From contig OX597818.1 in the NCBI GenBank assembly GCA_951406725.2, positions 22,816,001 to 22,880,000 on the forward strand: a DNA stretch of 64,000 bases, read 5' to 3'. The position numbers and the translations under genes were made by a program. The notes beneath the pieces are model-generated. The model ran no database searches and had not been told where the DNA came from. It saw only the letters and a program-made list of their open reading frames with translations. Shown here piece by piece: positions 59,755 to 64,000 of the stretch. The stretch is from Octopus vulgaris (Eukaryota). Every line of letters starts with the position of its first letter. Positions within the stretch are counted from its first letter, which is position 1.

Positions 59755-59894
59755 AGGTGTGTGTGTGCATATATGTAGGTGTACATGTATGTGTGTGTAT
59801 GTTAGGATTTATGTGTTTATATATATGTGTGTGTGTGTGTTGGTGTATTTATGCAAGTGCGTGCTTGTGCGTGTGTGCATGTATGTGCGCGCGC

Positions 59895-59930
<36 letters not shown>

Positions 59931-60264
59931 TCGTGGTAGGGAACGCTCAAAGCAAGAACAAGTTAATGAACTGTGTTCCCTAAGGAAGTATACTAGAGAT
60001 TCTGAACTGTCTCTCCTCCTATGTTAATTGCCTTTCAAAGTATGCCGCCCCTGTTCTCTCTTCTACCCTGTTTTTAAAACACTGGGACTTCAACAAAATA
60101 AATAAATAAATAAAATAATTAAAATATAATGAAAAATAAAAAAAAATGTAAAACAAAAAACAACACCTTACCCCCCAAAGAAACTAAACAAATAAAAAGC
60201 AAATAGTTAACTGCTCCATAATGAATCCAAACTACAGCAAGAGATGCACACACGCGCACACACA

Positions 60265-60298
<34 letters not shown>

Positions 60299-60321
60299 AA
60301 TGCCTATATGTGTATGTTTGC

Positions 60322-60355
<34 letters not shown>

Positions 60356-60437
60356 TTGTAGCTATATATATATATGTATATACATATATACACACATATG
60401 TGTGTGTGTACATATATATATATATATATAGCTACAA

Positions 60438-60511
<74 letters not shown>

Positions 60512-61038
60512 ACAAAGAAGGAGAGAAAGAGAAAACATTACGAAAACATTAGGAAACCATTAGTATAGAAATAGTAACAAATAGGAAAAGCAAAATAAAT
60601 AAAAATTAGAAAAATTTCCATGAAATTATAGACACAGCGGTGTATAGGAAGACATTGGATACCATCCTGGCAAATAAAAATAAAATGGAATAAAATAAAA
60701 GTACCAAGAATAAGAATAACAACCATTATACCAAAACTGAAGTGCGAACAAGGGCTTCTCGCCGTAGTCGATCCACCGAATAGAAATAGCAGCCAAATCA
60801 CACTCAGATTAGGCTGTTGGTTTAGAATGGTAGAAATACACATTGGATAAGGTAGTTTTAGATATAGGCACATGTATGGATGCGTGGCTAAGAAGCTGGC
60901 TTTGCAACCGCGTAGTTTCGGGTTCAGTCCCCATTGTATTGCACCTTGGATAAGTGTTTTCTGCTAAAGCACCAGGCCAATCAATGCCTTGTGAACTTGT
61001 GAATGAATTTAGTAGACGAAAACTGTGTGGAACCCGGT

Positions 61039-62724
<1,686 letters not shown>

Positions 62725-63311
62725 TGTAAAAGTATTGGGGGTGATTTAATCGACTAAAACCCTCCAAGGCGGTACCCAGGATGGACGCAGTCTAAATGGC
62801 TGAGATAGTTACAAGATAAAATATAAAAAATGCTTTTTCTATTCAGTTATTTTCGGTCTAAAGCTACATGAAGCCTCATCTTGCAATTTTCATATGCTTA
62901 TAGAATATGACTATTTAGTTGGTCGTTGACTATCTTGATTAAGATATGTAAAAATGCGAGTCGGTTTCGAATATATTCGAAATTGTATAATTTTGTTAAT
63001 TCTATTGAAAAGAATTTAAAATTCTTTTAGTTTCTCTGCGTTCGATCAGTCATATTTTTGTAGATACTTTTGATATATCGTGATCTTTCGATAACCTATA
63101 ACTAAATTTAGAAACGAGTGAGGCACTGTTCCAGATTTAAAATTTTCATGAAACATAAAGTGGTTATCTTCTAGAAGGAATTTTAGTTTTAAACCCAAAT
63201 TTTGTAATTTCAATTTCAAAACCATGAGGGATGTTTGTATAAAGATTCAGTATACTTAAAGATACAATCAGAGGTTTTCATTAACTGTTTTCGGAATGTG
63301 ATTTATCATAT

Positions 63312-64000
63312 ACTAGCACTATGACCCGGCAACGCCGGGTCATAGTGCTAGTGCATGCATATACAAAAAATATTTCTGAAAATGTTACTGTCTTTAAATT
63401 CACAAACGTGAGAAAGTAAGTGAAGCATACAAAAGATCCACAGACATGTACATTAACGTCACTAGACGCTAATAATAGCTAATACAGTGCACGAAATCCA
63501 CCGACTAAGCAACGTTTTAGATTTCCAATTCAAACCATTCGTCAAACACATTAGAAGTTTCATAAGAGGCGACTTATCTCTCTATATATAAACGGCAAAA
63601 TGTCTGCGTGCGTGTCCTTTATACAAATCCACAATTTTTCAGTTAGAGGGTTCGCACTTTCTATGGTCATTCAAAACCGTCCAAGGGTGGTCGTGCACAT
63701 CTTTACATTTCCCCAGTCACCCCGCAAAGTCATAAAAAAAATCAATAGAAGTGACTTTTTTGTGAATTTTCTATCCAAAACCCAATCAAAATGCCCGAAG
63801 CTTGATACGCCAATTGAATGGTCAGAGATTTGGACAGTACTCGCGTGTATGTGTGCACGCACGCAGCTGTATATGCTGAATTTTGCGTATCGTTAATGTG
63901 CTTCGAAAAGATTTCGCTGGTTGTTTCTCATTGTGTGAGGATAGATGTTTTTTAAAAATGTTATTACATTTCTTAAAAAATTTTCCCATGTCTCTGGTTT
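63312..64000. mobile_element. Helitron-like ends: palindromic 3' end at 63312-63352 and a plus-strand 5' end at 63577
   Basis: ACTAGCACTATGACCCGGC-AAC-GCCGGGTCATAGTGCTAGT; A|TCTCTCTATATATAAA at 63576-63577, running to the window end. Confidence 0.65.

Overview
AT-rich, microsatellite-laden animal genomic DNA, most likely an octopod cephalopod (inferred from the tRNA-derived SINE families and repeat landscape; not verified by search). No complete host CDS is present. Nearly all long ORFs in the track are artefacts of (TA)n/(CA)n/(TATG)n/triplet repeats. The window appears to be the 5' end and first introns of a minus-strand gene (candidate exons at ~21657-21780, 20504-20608 and 751-1027, with ATG-CTG-CGA-G|GT at 760-751), buried in transposons. 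These include three SINE families, CR1, RTE, R4/Dong-like and Tx1-like LINE fragments, Tc1/maT/mariner remnants, non-autonomous Helitrons and GGATC-ended MITEs with 8-bp TSDs. Two results stand out. (1) A ~5.8 kb tandem array of an ~865-bp unit (47277-53077) carries one hammerhead-ribozyme core per unit, with the three strands in a non-circularly permuted (pseudoknotted) order; the same architecture, with compensatory stem changes, recurs in two diverged flanking elements. (2) Tx1-like retroelements, including an ORF1-only derivative, have inserted site-specifically and in tandem into the tRNA-like heads of SINEs.
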